Part shown: positions 24,710 through 36,631 of the stretch, piece by piece
How the letters are laid out: every line of letters begins with the position of its first letter
How positions within the stretch are numbered: the first letter of the stretch is position 1
Source of the DNA: Prorocentrum cordatum
Lineage: Eukaryota
Direction: 5' to 3'
DNA: 64,000 nucleotides
Assembly: GCA_963575745.1 (NCBI GenBank)
Contig: CAUYUJ010000148.1
Location: 1 to 64,000, forward strand
Made by a program: the position numbers and the translations under genes
Notes under the pieces: model-generated
Told to the model about the DNA's origin: nothing
Seen by the model: only the letters and a program-made list of their open reading frames with translations
Database searches by the model: none

Positions 24710-26567
24710 CGAAACGCTGGGCGGGGGAGACGCCTGTGGATACCGCCACTAGGGCGTGGAGTTCCCTATGGGGGAAACGCTGTACTGATTTGGGGAGACG
24801 CATGCGAACGGATCATTGATTGAGGCCTTCGGTGGGGCTCCATGTGGGGCTGCGAAAGGCTGTATTGGGTGGAGGAAACGCATGTGGACGGTTCCACTGT
24901 GACTTTCGGTGGGGCACCCGATAGGGCCACGAAGCGCTGTACTGAGGGAGAAACGCATGTGGACTTTGCCACCGAGGCCTTCGGTGGAAATCCCTATAGG
25001 GCCACGAAGCGCTACACTGGGTGGGGGAGACGCATGTGGACGGCGCAATTGAAGCTTCCACTGGAGCTCCCCATGGAACCACGAACCGCTGTGATGGGCG
25101 GGGGAGAAGCCTGTGCACGGGTCCATTGGGAGCTCGGTGGAGCTCCCTCTGGGGCCACGAAGCGTTGTACTGGGCAGGGGAGACGCATGCCAATGCAGCA
25201 ACTGGGGCCTCCGGTGGCGCGCTCCCCATGGGGCCACGAAACGCCGTGCTGGGTGGGGGAGACGCACGTGGACACCGCCGCTGGGGCCACGACACGCAGT
25301 GCTGGGTGGGGGAGACTCATGGGGACACCGCTGCTGGGGCCTTGAGTGGACCTCCCTGTGGGGCCACGAAGCGCCGTGCTAGGTGGGGGAGACGCATGAG
25401 GACACCACCACTGGGGCCTTGGTTGGACCTCCCTATGGGGCCAAGAAGTGCCATGCCTTGCTGGGTGGGGGGAAACGCATGTGGACACCGCCACTGGGGC
25501 CTGGGGTGGACCTCCCTATGGGGCCACGAAAGCCGTGCTGGGTGGGGGAGATGCATGTGGACACCGCCACTGGGGCTGTGGCTGGACATCCCTATGGGGC
25601 CAAGAAGTGCCATGCCTTGCTGGGTGGGGGGAAACGCATGTGGACACCGCCACTGGGGCCTGGGGTGGACCTCCCTATGGGGCCACGAAAGCCGTGCTGG
25701 GTGGGGGAGATGCATGTGGACACCGCCACTGGGGCTGTGGCTGGACATCCCTATGGGGCCAAGAAGTGCCATGCCTTGCTGGGTGGGGGGAAACGCATGT
25801 GGACACCGCCACTGGGGCCTGGGGTGGACCTCCCTATGGGGCCACGAAAGCCGTGCTGGGTGGGGGAGATGCATGTGGACACCGCCACTGGGGCTGTGGC
25901 TGGACATCCCTATGGGGCCACGAAGCGCCGTGCTGTGTGGGGAAACGCATGTGGGCACCGCCATAGGGGCCTTGGGTGGACCTCCCTATGGGGCCACGAA
26001 AGGCCGTGCTGGGTGGGGGAGGCTGGGGCCACGAAGCGCACTGCTGGGTGTGGGAGGCGCATGTGGACACCGCCACTGAGGCCGTGGGTGGACCTCCCCA
26101 TGGGGCCACGCAGCGCCGTGCTGGGTGGGAGAGACGCATGCGGACACCGCCGCTTGGGCTTTGGGTGGACCTCCCTATGGGGTCACGAAACGCCGTGCTG
26201 GGTGGGGGAGACGCATATGGACACCGCAACTGGGGCATTGGGTGGAATTCCCTCTGGGGCCACGCAGCGCCCGCCGTGCTGGGTGGGGGAGACTCATGGG
26301 GACACCGCCACTGGGGCCTTGGGTGGGCGTCCCTATGGGGCCACGAAGCGCCGGGCTGGGTGGGGGAGACGCACGTGGACACCGCCGCTGGGGCCGTGGG
26401 TGGACATCCCTATGGGGCCACGAAGCGCAGTGCTGGGTGGGGGAGACGCATGTGGACACCGCCACTGGGGCCTTGGGTGGACCTCTCTATGGGGCCACGA
26501 AAGGCCGTGCTGGGTGGGGGACACGCATGTGGACACCGCCGCTTGGGCCTTGGGTGGACCTCCCTAT
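24710..26567. repeat. About 77-bp minisatellite (shorter relative of the 99-bp array, opposite strand) with a 159-bp higher-order triplication
   Basis: ggggcca recurs at 26414 and 26491. ccaagaagtg recurs at 25441, 25600 and 25759. Confidence 0.95.
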
Positions 26568-26743
26568 GATGATGCTGCTGATGATGCTGCTGATGATGAT
26601 GATGCTGCTGATGCTGATGATGCTGCTGATGATGCTGATGATGATGATGCTGATGATGATGATGACGACGAAGGAAGGAGGGAGGGAAGAAACGCGGGGG
26701 TCGTCTCTTCAAAACGAGGACCCAACATCACAGGATGGTTGCG
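24710..26743 (-). mobile_element. Non-autonomous element: hairpin head at 26690-26743, (CAT)n linker, 77-bp minisatellite
   Basis: gtctcttcaaaacgaggacccaacatcacaggatggttgcg is the reverse complement of the 8641 head, and the layout is the same. Confidence 0.6.
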
Positions 26744-26749
26744 AAATAA

Positions 26750-27444
26750 CCCCAGACGGCCCAAGAGGCCTCCAAGAGGCCTCCACGAAGACCAGAAAAG
26801 GCCAAAGTCATTGATGTTCCGTAGGTTGTCGGATGACTTTGGTATTTGCTTCTTTTCGGCCTACCGACGGCCCGAGACGGCCCAAGAGCTCCAAAAGTTC
26901 GCCCCAAGATCGCTGAAGAGGCCTCCAGGATGGCCCCAGAACGGCCCAAGAGGCCCCCAAAACGACCCCAAGAGGGCCCCAAGACTGCCCAAGAGGCCTC
27001 CAAGATGCCCAAGATGGCCCTGGAGCACCCAAACCCAGGAGAGCCCCAAGTCGGCCCAGAGAGGCCCCCAAGACGGCTTCCGACGGGCCATGAGCCCATC
27101 ACGACGGCCAAAGAGGCCCCCCAGAAGCCCCCAAAGGCACCCAAGTGGCCCAAGGCGGGCCCCAAGATGCCTCCAAGAGGCTCCCAGGAGGTCCCAAGAG
27201 TGTGCCCAGAGGCTCCCAAGATTCCTCCGCCTCTTCCTCCTCCTCCTCCTCCTCCTCCTCACTCCTCCTCCGCATCCCCAAGTGTTCCCCGCCGTCCTCC
27301 CCAAAGTGATCCCCGAAGAGTTTCCACAACGGTTGGGGGAACACATGGTCCGATAGCTTGGCAGAGCTCTTGCCACAACGCTCGGCCACATGGACGATTC
27401 TAGAAGGCAGGGGGCGGCGGTGATTCGCCGTAGGCGTCTTCGAT
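26750..27444 (+). repeat. CCAAGA/GGCC-rich composite repeat, 3' part with conserved tail
   Basis: ccaagaggcc / ccaagacggc units ending in cagggggcggcggtgattcgccgtaggcgtcttcgat. Confidence 0.8.
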
Positions 27445-29439
27445 AATGCCAACGTCCCAATCTGCGCTGATGATTCCAATCCGCCCCCGCATGATATTCC
27501 CAGATGCGCGAAGGCAGCGCCGAGACGCACCGACGCGACACTGATATATCCCAGTATGATAGAAAGGGCGCTGGCCGCAGGGGGCAAAGCCCTTACGGAT
27601 AATGTTACGATGGAATTGGCTCCAAACATGTTGTGGTAACTCTGAAGCTTCTGGCGGCCCTAAGACATTCCTGGAAAATGTGGGACGCATCGTTACCATT
27701 GATTCTCTCTCTTCTGAGTGAAAGGAACGGAAGCAGAGGTGGAAGGATAGGCATAATGAATCAACATCGGATCGGAACGTGTGCCAAATCAGGCTGCATC
27801 GGCACGGAATCGAAATCGAATATGATCGGCTGCGCCAGGATGCGCAGCAACGCCGTGCGAGCGTTGGGCCGCATCGGATCTCGGGAACATCTGAATTGGA
27901 TCGGAATGGGACGGCTAGAACCGATATCGAATCGGATCGATCGGACCCTCTGGTCGATCCGATTAGATATCTGTTCCCAACCCCTTCCCCTGCTCGTGCT
28001 CCCCTGCTCGTCGCTCGTCCTACTCCGCCTCCTCATCACCTACTCGTCCTTGCCCTGCTCGTCCTCATCCTGCTCGTCCTTATCCTGGCATCCGATGAGA
28101 TATCGATCCTTTCCCTGATCGTCCTCCCCCTCCCCCCAAGGTCCCCAGGGTGAGGCGGACGACGAGCAGGGGAAGCGGAGGCCCTCTCGCCCCCCCCCCC
28201 CTCCCCCCCGACTGCCGGAGGAAGCTCCTCCGAAGCGCCGCATCAAGCTCCTGGCCCCTCTCGAGGGAGCGGACCGCGGCCGCGTCCGCGACCTCGGCGG
28301 CACGACGGGCGAAACCGCCCCCCTCCCCCCCACTCCATCCTCCTCGCGCCTCCTCCTCGTAGGGGAACAATTTTTACGTCGCAGCGCGGCAGGGGCAGGC
28401 GCTAATCCTCACAGGGGAGCAAACAATAACATAAACATACGAACTCTGAGGTCCGCGCGGATTCCTTGGATCGGCGCTGGAGGCCCCCTGGCGGCGCTTC
28501 CGGCGCCGCACCTGGCGCGCTCCTCGCGCCATGGAGGGGGGTCCAGTGTCGATCCAAGAATTTCGCGCGGCCCTTAATGTTCATGTCATTGCTTGATCCC
28601 CGATCTCAATGGAACAGAAGTCACCAGCATAAGCATGACTTCCTGAGGCACGAGTGATGGCATGCTGCGACTGGCTCAGGATACGTGCCATCGGCGGCGA
28701 GCGAGGCGGGGAAGTAAGAATGAGAATGCCATCTCAGAAGGCGGAGGAGCTTCGCAGAAGCCCTGACGCCTTCTGAGAGATTTGTTGTCTTCGGGGAAGG
28801 CTTAGACAACTTTTCAAGACGCCAGGGGACTTCCGAACCGTCTTGGAAGGCCTTCTCCTTATCACGTTCCCCCCGCTTGCCGCCCATACCAAGAAGTCTG
28901 ACGCATCTAGCGGCCATCGGCACTTGCCGCAGGCAGCTGGACAACGGTGGCAACCTGCCGCAGGCAACTGGACGACGGTATAAGATGACCTTACAGGCCA
29001 TCTACGCAGGTCATCCAAATCCGCGCACCCGCGATGCGCGACGATCCTCGCGACCGCGCGCCGCCCTTTTCTGCAGATGGGCAGCCGCTCTGGCCCAGGC
29101 CGCGGATCGCGCGATGATCATCGCGCCCTCATGGGTAACTTGCGCCATCGCGGACGCCTGTCTCGGGCTGGCTCGTCCTCCTCCTCCCCCCCCTCTCCTC
29201 CTCCTCCTCCACCTCCACCTCCTCCTCTTCCTCCTCCTCCTCCTCCTCCTCCTTCTCCTCCTCCTCCTCCTCCTCCTCCTCGTCCCCCTCCTCCTCCTCA
29301 TCCTCCTCCTCCTCCCCCTCCTCCTCCTCATCATCCTCCTCCTCCTACTCCGGCCCAGACTGCGGCGCGCAGTTCTCTTCGCTCCCTGGCGGGTAACATG
29401 CGCCATCGTGGACGCCCATCTCGGGGGGGAAGACAAGGA

Positions 29440-29615
29440 AGGATAGCAAAGGGCAGGGTAGAGACTCAGCTCACGTAGCTGGGTATCCTGGCGCCTTCTG
29501 GCGCTGGGAGGCGCCCATGGAAGTATGGAGGAATGGGCCCGGCGGCGGGGCGAAAACCAGCTGTATGCAGCAGATTTCGTAACCTCCTCTTTCCCCATCC
29601 TCCCCTCTCGTCTGG
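29440..29615. repeat. About 175-bp dispersed repeat, copy 1 (copy 2 at 42845-43015)
   Basis: Shared ggatagcaa...cacgtagctg...gaggaatgggcccggcggcgggg...gcagcagatttcgtaacc...tttccccatcc. Confidence 0.85.
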
Positions 29616-30064
29616 CCCGACTGTCTCAGGGCGGCTCGGAGATTTACACCTCGACGCGCCACTGGGAGAATATTGACGTTCCACCCGCCCTGGGGCATGC
29701 GCCCCCGACGGACAGTTTCATGCTATTATCCGCCACCGTGCCATCAGCACGTAGTGGAGTGACCCACGGCACATGCAACACTGGGATGTAGAGGGGTCGT
29801 GAGGTTCTTGAAGGCCCGTACCCTGGCTTTCCAGGTGGTCCCGAGCGGTCCCGGCCCCAAGAGGCCCCCACAAGGCCCCCACAATGCTCCAAGAGGCTCC
29901 CAAGAGGACCCCAAGGGGCCACAAGAGGCCCCGAAACACCTCCCCAGAATTTTCGAAACTGCCTCCAGGAGGCCCCCGAGAGGCCTCGACGGGATCCCAA
30001 CGACCATCCACGAGACCTCAGACCCACAACCCAAGCACGGTGGCGGGATGGGCCGAAGGCTATT

Positions 30065-32090
30065 AATCCGCCGCCCCCTGTCGATTCATCGCAGGGGTGC
30101 CTGGCGTGCCGAATGGTTCTTTTTCCAAAAGAACTCCCCCTGGGACTTCGGCCCGTCCCGCCGGGGTCCTGGGAGATTCCCGAAAATCCATCTGTCAATG
30201 CCTTTGCTGCCCCAAGTTGGCCCAAGATGGCCTCCAAGATGGCCACGATGGCCCAAGATGGCCTCCAAGGTGGTCCAAGATGGCCTCCAAGTCCGCCCAA
30301 TATGGTCCGAGACGGCCTCCAAGACGGCCCAAGAGAGTCCAAGACGGCCCAAGAGGCCAGAGGCTAAAATCAGTGACTGTCCTTAGGTGTTTGAAGGATT
30401 TTGGAATTTGCTTCTTCTCGGCATTCCGACGGCTCAAGACGGCCCAAGAGGCCCCCAAGATCGCCCAAGAGGCCCCCAAGAGGGCCCCATGACGGCCCAA
30501 GTGGCCTCCAACACGCCCAAGATGGCCTCCAAGACGTCAAGATGGCCTCCAAGACGGCCCCGAAGCGCCCCAAGAGGGTCCCAAGTCGGCCCAGAAAGGC
30601 CCTCAAGATGGCTCCCTACGGCGTCAGACGTGCCAGGAACCCACCAAGATGGCAGAAGTTGGCTCGAAGCTTGCCCAAGACGGCCCAAGAGGCCCCAAGA
30701 GGGCTTCCAGGAAGGCCAGCAGAGGCCAAACACATTGAGGTTCCTTAGGTTTTTGACGGAGTTTGACATTTGCTTATTCTCGGCCTTCCGACTGCCCGAG
30801 ACGGCCCAAGAGCCCCCAAAAATCGCCGAAAGATCGCTGAAGAGGCCTCCAGGATGGCCCCAGAACGGCCCAAGAGGCCAACAAGACGGCCCCAAGAGGA
30901 CCCCAAGACTGCCCAAGAGGCCTCCAAGACGCCCAAGATGACCCTGCAACATTCCAAGGGGGCCCCAAGTCGGCTCATAATAGAGGCCCCCCCAACGGCC
31001 TCCGACGGCGTCAGACGAACCAGGAGCCCACCAAGGCGGCCGAACATGGCCCTAAGATGGCCCAAGACGGCCCAACGAGGCCTCCAGACGGCCAAGATGA
31101 CCTTCAAGATGCCCACGTGTTCCCCGAAGGTTTTCCAAACCGATTCGGGGAACACATGGTCCGATAGCTTGGCAGGTCTGGCCTCAACGTTCGGCCACAT
31201 AGGCGCTTCCAAAAAGGCAGGGGGCGGCGGTGATTCGCCGTAGGCGCCTTCGATCTGCCGCCCCCTGTTGATTCATCACAGGAGTGCCTGGCGTGCTGGA
31301 TGTCTTACGTTCGGGTGCTGGCTCTTTTTCCAAAAAAGAACTCCCCCTGGGGCCTCGGCCCGTCCCGCCAACTGCCTGCCTCATCGGCACCTTCGCTCAA
31401 GATGGCCCAATATGGCCTCCAAGATGCCTCCAAAACGGCCAAGATGGCCTCCAAGACAGCTAAGATGGCCTCCAGACGCCTCCAAAACGGCCCAAGATGC
31501 ACCCAAGACAGCCGAAGATAGCCTCAAGAAGGCCCAAGACGGCCTAAGAGGCGTCCAAGAGGCCTCCAAGAGGCCTCCAAAATGGCCCAAGAGGCATCCA
31601 AGAGGTCCTCCAGAAAGGCCCGAAGAGGCCAACATCATTGATTTCTTTTGGGCTTTTGAACGAGTTTGGGAGTTGCGCCTTTTCGGCCTTCCGACGGCCC
31701 CAGACGGCCCAAGAGGCCCCCAAGGTCGCCCCAAGATCGCCCTAGAGGCCTCCAAAATGGCCCCATGACGGCCCAAGAGGCCCCCAAGACGGCCCGAAGA
31801 GGGCCCCAAGGCGGCCCAAGAAGCATCTCAGACGCCCAAGAGGGTTTTCCAGACGGCCCTGAAGCGCCCCAAAAAGGCCCCAAAACGGCCCAGCGAGGCC
31901 CCCAAGACGGCTTCCGACCGCATCAGACGGGCCAGGAAGGCCCTGAGACTGCCAGAGAGGCCCTCAAGAAGCCCCCAAAGGCCCCCAAGAGGCCCAAGGA
32001 GTCCCCCAAAAGGCTTCCAAGAGGCCACCAGGAAACTCCCAGGAGGCCCCAAAGAGTGCCCCAACAGGCTCTCACGAGGCCTCCTCCTCC
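30065..32090 (+). mobile_element. Head-to-tail pair of CCAAGA-rich composite elements (30065-31254; 31255-about 32090)
   Basis: Head atccgccgccccctg...ttccaaaagaactccccctggg. Tail cagggggcggcgg is the inverted repeat of the head and is followed by a cgccgtaggcg hairpin. Confidence 0.7.
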
Positions 32091-32687
32091 TCCTCCTCCT
32101 CCTCCTCCTCCTCCTCCTCCTCCTCTCGAACACATCTACAACTACACACAGCAAAACTGCACCTTGTTGCGGAGACCAGGGGTGGCAATCATAATTCGAT
32201 TTGGCGCGTCCGTCGGTCTGGGTGGACGGACACCGCCTCACGACCTACGATGGAAGGTGATGGTCGTGCCGACGACGTTGCGCGCCAAGCGTGGAAGCGA
32301 TCACCACGTTGCACGGCGAGGCTTGGCGGCAGCCGCAAGAAAAATCATAACACGAAAAAGCGCTCACGCTCGGACGGGGAATCCTGCACGAAGAAGAATT
32401 TGAAAGCGCGGGGGGTCGGATCGCGAATTTGCTGCTGGGGCACAGGCGGGGGAGGGAAGCGGGCTGCGAGACGTCGAGGCCCCCAGGCACACGGCTGGCT
32501 TCGCTGAGCCAGGGGATGCGGGATGTCGGTGGGGAGCGGCCCAGGGGGCGGGGCCTCGGCGATGGGCAGCGCCGGCAGCCGATGCTTCGCGAAAAGGGGA
32601 CACGCACAAAACGGCACTTAGCGGCCGGGGCGCGGGACACGTCGGGGGCGCGAGTGGCGGCCCCCGACATGCACCCCGCCCCGCCGG

Positions 32688-32835
32688 CTAGGTGTAGTTC
32701 TATAAGTGCTCCGTTTTGTGGGGATGTTTCCGGCGAAACCAGCACGTACAGAACTACACCTAGTGCCCGGCTAAGTGTAGTTCTGCACGCGCTGGATGTC
32801 TCGCGCGGGGCGAGCACGTACAGACCGGCACCTAG
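32688..32835. repeat. Two tandem hairpin (MITE-like) units, about 83-bp period
   Basis: ctaggtgtagttct (32688-32701) and agaactacacctag (32750-32763) form a perfect inverted repeat. A degenerate second unit lies at 32771-32835. Confidence 0.75.
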
Positions 32836-34530
32836 CGAAAGGGGCGGGGTACACGTCGGGTACGTCGTCGCGCCCCGCCAGCAGAGTCAGGAAGGCAAGG
32901 GCCGCTGAACCCCCTGCCTGCCTCCGGGCGGAGGTGTCTGAACGTCCCGGGGCTATCAGAAGGAATTCCAACTGCGGCCTCCGCGCACATCGCTCCCCCT
33001 ATCAGAGTATCTCGCCTGGTCACTATGTTCACCATTCCCCCCCGTCCTTTGCCCTCCCACCCCCCGTTTTTCCTCTACCTGCCGCCCTCCATCTCCCTGA
33101 GCGTTTCCTACTTGCCCCTGGCCCCTGAGTGGCGGCAAACGCCCGCGCCCCCCCGCAGCTGAAAGACTCACCTTGCGCTCATGCTCCAATCCACTCGCGA
33201 GGCGCAAGCCTTGGTTCCAGACTGACAATGGCAAGAGACGCCGAGGCCCCGGCAAATCCAACAGGCGCGATCGGCCCCCTCGAATGGCGGGCGAACCAAT
33301 ACGTAAGACGATGTCGCACAAGTAAATTTGGAATTTCGGGATCCGCGCAAGAAGCTAATCCACTCGCCCAAAGTGTAGTTCTATGCCTGTCCGATCCTCC
33401 TCGTCCCCCTCCTCCTCCTCCCCCTCCCCCCCCCGAGAGGCTCCCAAAAAGCCTCCTCCTCCTCCTCCTCCTCCTCCTCCTCCCCCATCCGTCTTCCTGG
33501 TCCTCTTCTTCCTCCTCCTTGTCCTTCTCCTCCTCCTCCTCCTCCTCCTCCTCCTCCTCCTCCTCCTCCTCCTCCTCCTCCCCCTTGTGTTCTTCGAAGG
33601 CTTTCTACAGCGGGCTGGGGAACATCTAGACCGATAGTTTGGGCAAGCTGTGGCCCAACTTTCGCGACCACAGAGGCGCTTTCCAAAAAGGTAGGGGCGG
33701 GCATAAGACGGGCCAGAAAAGCCCAAGACGGCAACAGAGGCCTTCAAGAAATCTTGAAGGCCGCCAAGAGCCCCAAGGAAGGAGGCTCCCGGGAGGCCTC
33801 CAAAAGACCCTCAGAGAGCTCAGGAGTGACCACAAATGACCCAGGAGGTTCCCAGAAGGTCTCTTTCTCCTGCTCATCCTCCTCCTCCTCATATTCCTCT
33901 TCTACCTGTTCCTCCCTCCCCTCGCTCTCCAATTCCGTCTCCACATTTTCCCCGAAGGCTTTCCAAACCGACTCGTGGAACACATGGTCTGATAGCTTGG
34001 CTAAGCTCTGACCCAAGTTTCGGCCACATAAGCGTTTTGAGAAATCCCTGGGACGGTCAAACAGGTTTCCAAGGACCGCATAATTATCTGGATGTACGGT
34101 AGCTCCGAAGAGGTCTCCAAGAGGCTCCTGAGAAACACCGAGGTTGCACCAATAAGGGCCAAAGAGGCCCAAGAGATGTCCTCCTTCTCCCATTCTTCGT
34201 CTTCCTCCTGTTCCTCCTCCCGCTCCCTCTCCCTCTCACTCTCTCTCATTCTCTCTCTTGCTCGTTCTCGTTCTTTTTCGTTCTCGTTCTCCTCTCTGTC
34301 TCTCTCGCTCTCTCTCTCTCTCTCTCTTTCTCTCTATCCATCTTCATATTCCATCTGCTAATCGTCATCGCGCAGTGGATGATTCATGCTGACCCACATT
34401 GGAAATTTGATGTGGCCATCGAGCGATGAGTCCGCAATGTCACGGCATCTCAGTGAAACTGCATGCACGGCTATGGGCTTGTGAAACGCTCGCGTTGTGA
34501 GCGGGGCTGCTCACGACGCATGGCCGTGAC

Positions 34531-36630
34531 AATCCGCCGCCCCCTGTTGCCTCATCGCAGGGGTGACCGGCATGCTGAATCCTCTCGCTTTTGGTGTTGT
34601 TGGTTTTTTCCAAGAGAAATTCCCCTGGGGTTGCGGCCCCGCCCGCCGGGGTCCCAGAATGGCCCGGAAAGATCCCGGAATGGCCCGGAAAGGGTGGTTC
34701 CAAAGTTCCTCCTGCTCCAGATGGCTCCAGGATGGCCCAAGATGGTCCAAGATGGCCTCCAACACGGCCCAGGAGAGACCAAGATGCCTCCACGTTCGCA
34801 CAAGAAACCTCTCAGACGGCACAAGACGGCCCCAGAGGCCTCCAAGAGGCCTCCAAGACGGTCCAAGAGGCCTCCAAGAGGTCCTCCACGAGAGCACGAA
34901 GAGGTCAAAATCAATGTGCTCCTCAGGTTTTGAAGGGTTTTGGCTTTTGTTCTTTTCGAGCCTTCCGACGGCTCACGACGGCCCAAGGAGCCCGAAAGAT
35001 CGCCACCAGAGCGCCCAAGAGGCCTCCAAGATGACCCCATGACGGCCCAAGAGGCCTCCAAGACCCAAGACGGCCCAAAGAGGGCGCCAAGGCGGCTCCA
35101 GAGGCATCCAAGACGCCCAAGACGGTCTCCAAGACGGCCAAAATGGCTTCCAACACGGTCAAGATGAGCTTCAAGACGGCCAAGATGGCCGCTAAGACGG
35201 CCAAGATGGCCCAAGATGGACCCGAGAGGTTCCAAGATTGCCACAGAGAAGTCAAAGAGGTGCTCCAGAAAGGCGCGAGGGAGCCAACATCTTAAACTTT
35301 TCTCAGGTGTTTGAAAGATGGTTGTGTTTCCTCGGTGTTGGTGTTCCGACCACCTAAGACGGCCCAAAGAGTCCCCAAACTAGTCCCAGGGGCCTCCCAG
35401 ATTGCTCCAGAACGGCCCAAGAGGCCTTCAAGCCAGCCCCGAGAGGGCCCTAAGAAGGCCCAAGAGGTCTCAAAAACGGCCAAGGTGGTTTCCAAGATAC
35501 CTCAAGACTGCCAAGATGACCTCCAAGACGACCAAGATGGCATCCAAGACGGTAGAAATATCCCCAAGAGAGCCTATGGTGGCCCAAAAGGCGCCCAATA
35601 TACCTCCAAGACAGCCCAAGATGCTTCCAAGACGTCCACCAGGAATGCCCGAAGAGGCCACAATCATTGATTGTCCTTTGGCTTTGAGGGATTTATGCGT
35701 TTTCTTCTTTTCAGCTCTCCGACGGCCCAAAACGGCCTCCAAGATGGCCCCATGACAAGCCAAAAGGCCCCCAAGAGGGCCCCAACATGACCCCAAGACG
35801 GCCCAAGAGGTCCCCAAGACGCCTAAGATGGCCTCCAAGACGGCCAAGATGGCCTCCAAGATGCCGCCAAGACGGCCAAGAAGGCCGCCAAGACGGCGAA
35901 GATGGCCCCAAGATGCACCCACGACGGCCCTGGATGGCCTGAAGATGACCTTCGACTGCCCAAAACGCCCGCCTGAGGCCTCCAAGACGGCCCAAGACCC
36001 TCCAAGACGTCCTCCAGGAGGCCCGAAAGCTCGGACACCTGGTCCGATACCTCGCCCGACTCCGTGTTCCTCGAAGGCGTTCGAAACCCACTCGGCGAAC
36101 GCGTGGCCCGACAGCTTGGCCGGGCTCAAAACCCAACTTTCGGCCACGCAGGCGCTTCCAAAAAGGCAGGAGGCGGCGGCGATTCGCCGTAGGCGTCTTC
36201 GATAAGATCCGCCGCCCCCTGTGCTTGTCACCAGGGTGCCCGGCGTGCTGGATCCTCTCGGTTCTGGTTTTGGTTTTTTTTTCCAAAAGAACTCTCCCAT
36301 GGGGCTTCGGCCCGTTCCGCCAGCCACGCGGAAGCTGCGCCAGTTAACCCCTTTCACGCCCACATGGCCCCAAATGGACTCCAAGATGCCTCCAAGACGA
36401 CCAAGACGGCTCAAGATGGCCTCCAAGTCCAAGATGGTCCAACACGGCCACCAAGACGGCACCAAAGTCCAAAATGCCTCCAAATCCGCCCAAAAAGCCT
36501 GTAAGACGGGCCAAGACGGCCCAAGAGGTGCCCAAGAGGCCTCCAAGACGGCCCAAGACGCCTCCGAGAGGTCATCCGTAAATCATTTATAATCCGTTGG
36601 TGTTTGAAAGATTTTCGTATTTGCCTTGTT
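34531..36630 (+). mobile_element. CCAAGA-rich composite elements (34531-36203; the next copy starts at about 36207, is interrupted at 36631 and resumes at 39685)
   Basis: Same head and tail modules as 30065-31254. Tail-head junction at about 36168-36220. Confidence 0.7.
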
Positions 36631-36631
36631 T

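Noticed and set aside
25021..27356. 657-aa and 352-aa repeat-protein ORFs, and similar ORFs across the CCAAGA repeats
   Set aside because: Stop-poor satellite DNA open on both strands, with no domain motifs.
27445..27720. Coding-like unique stretch
   Set aside because: Short, contains stops and has no identifiable motif.
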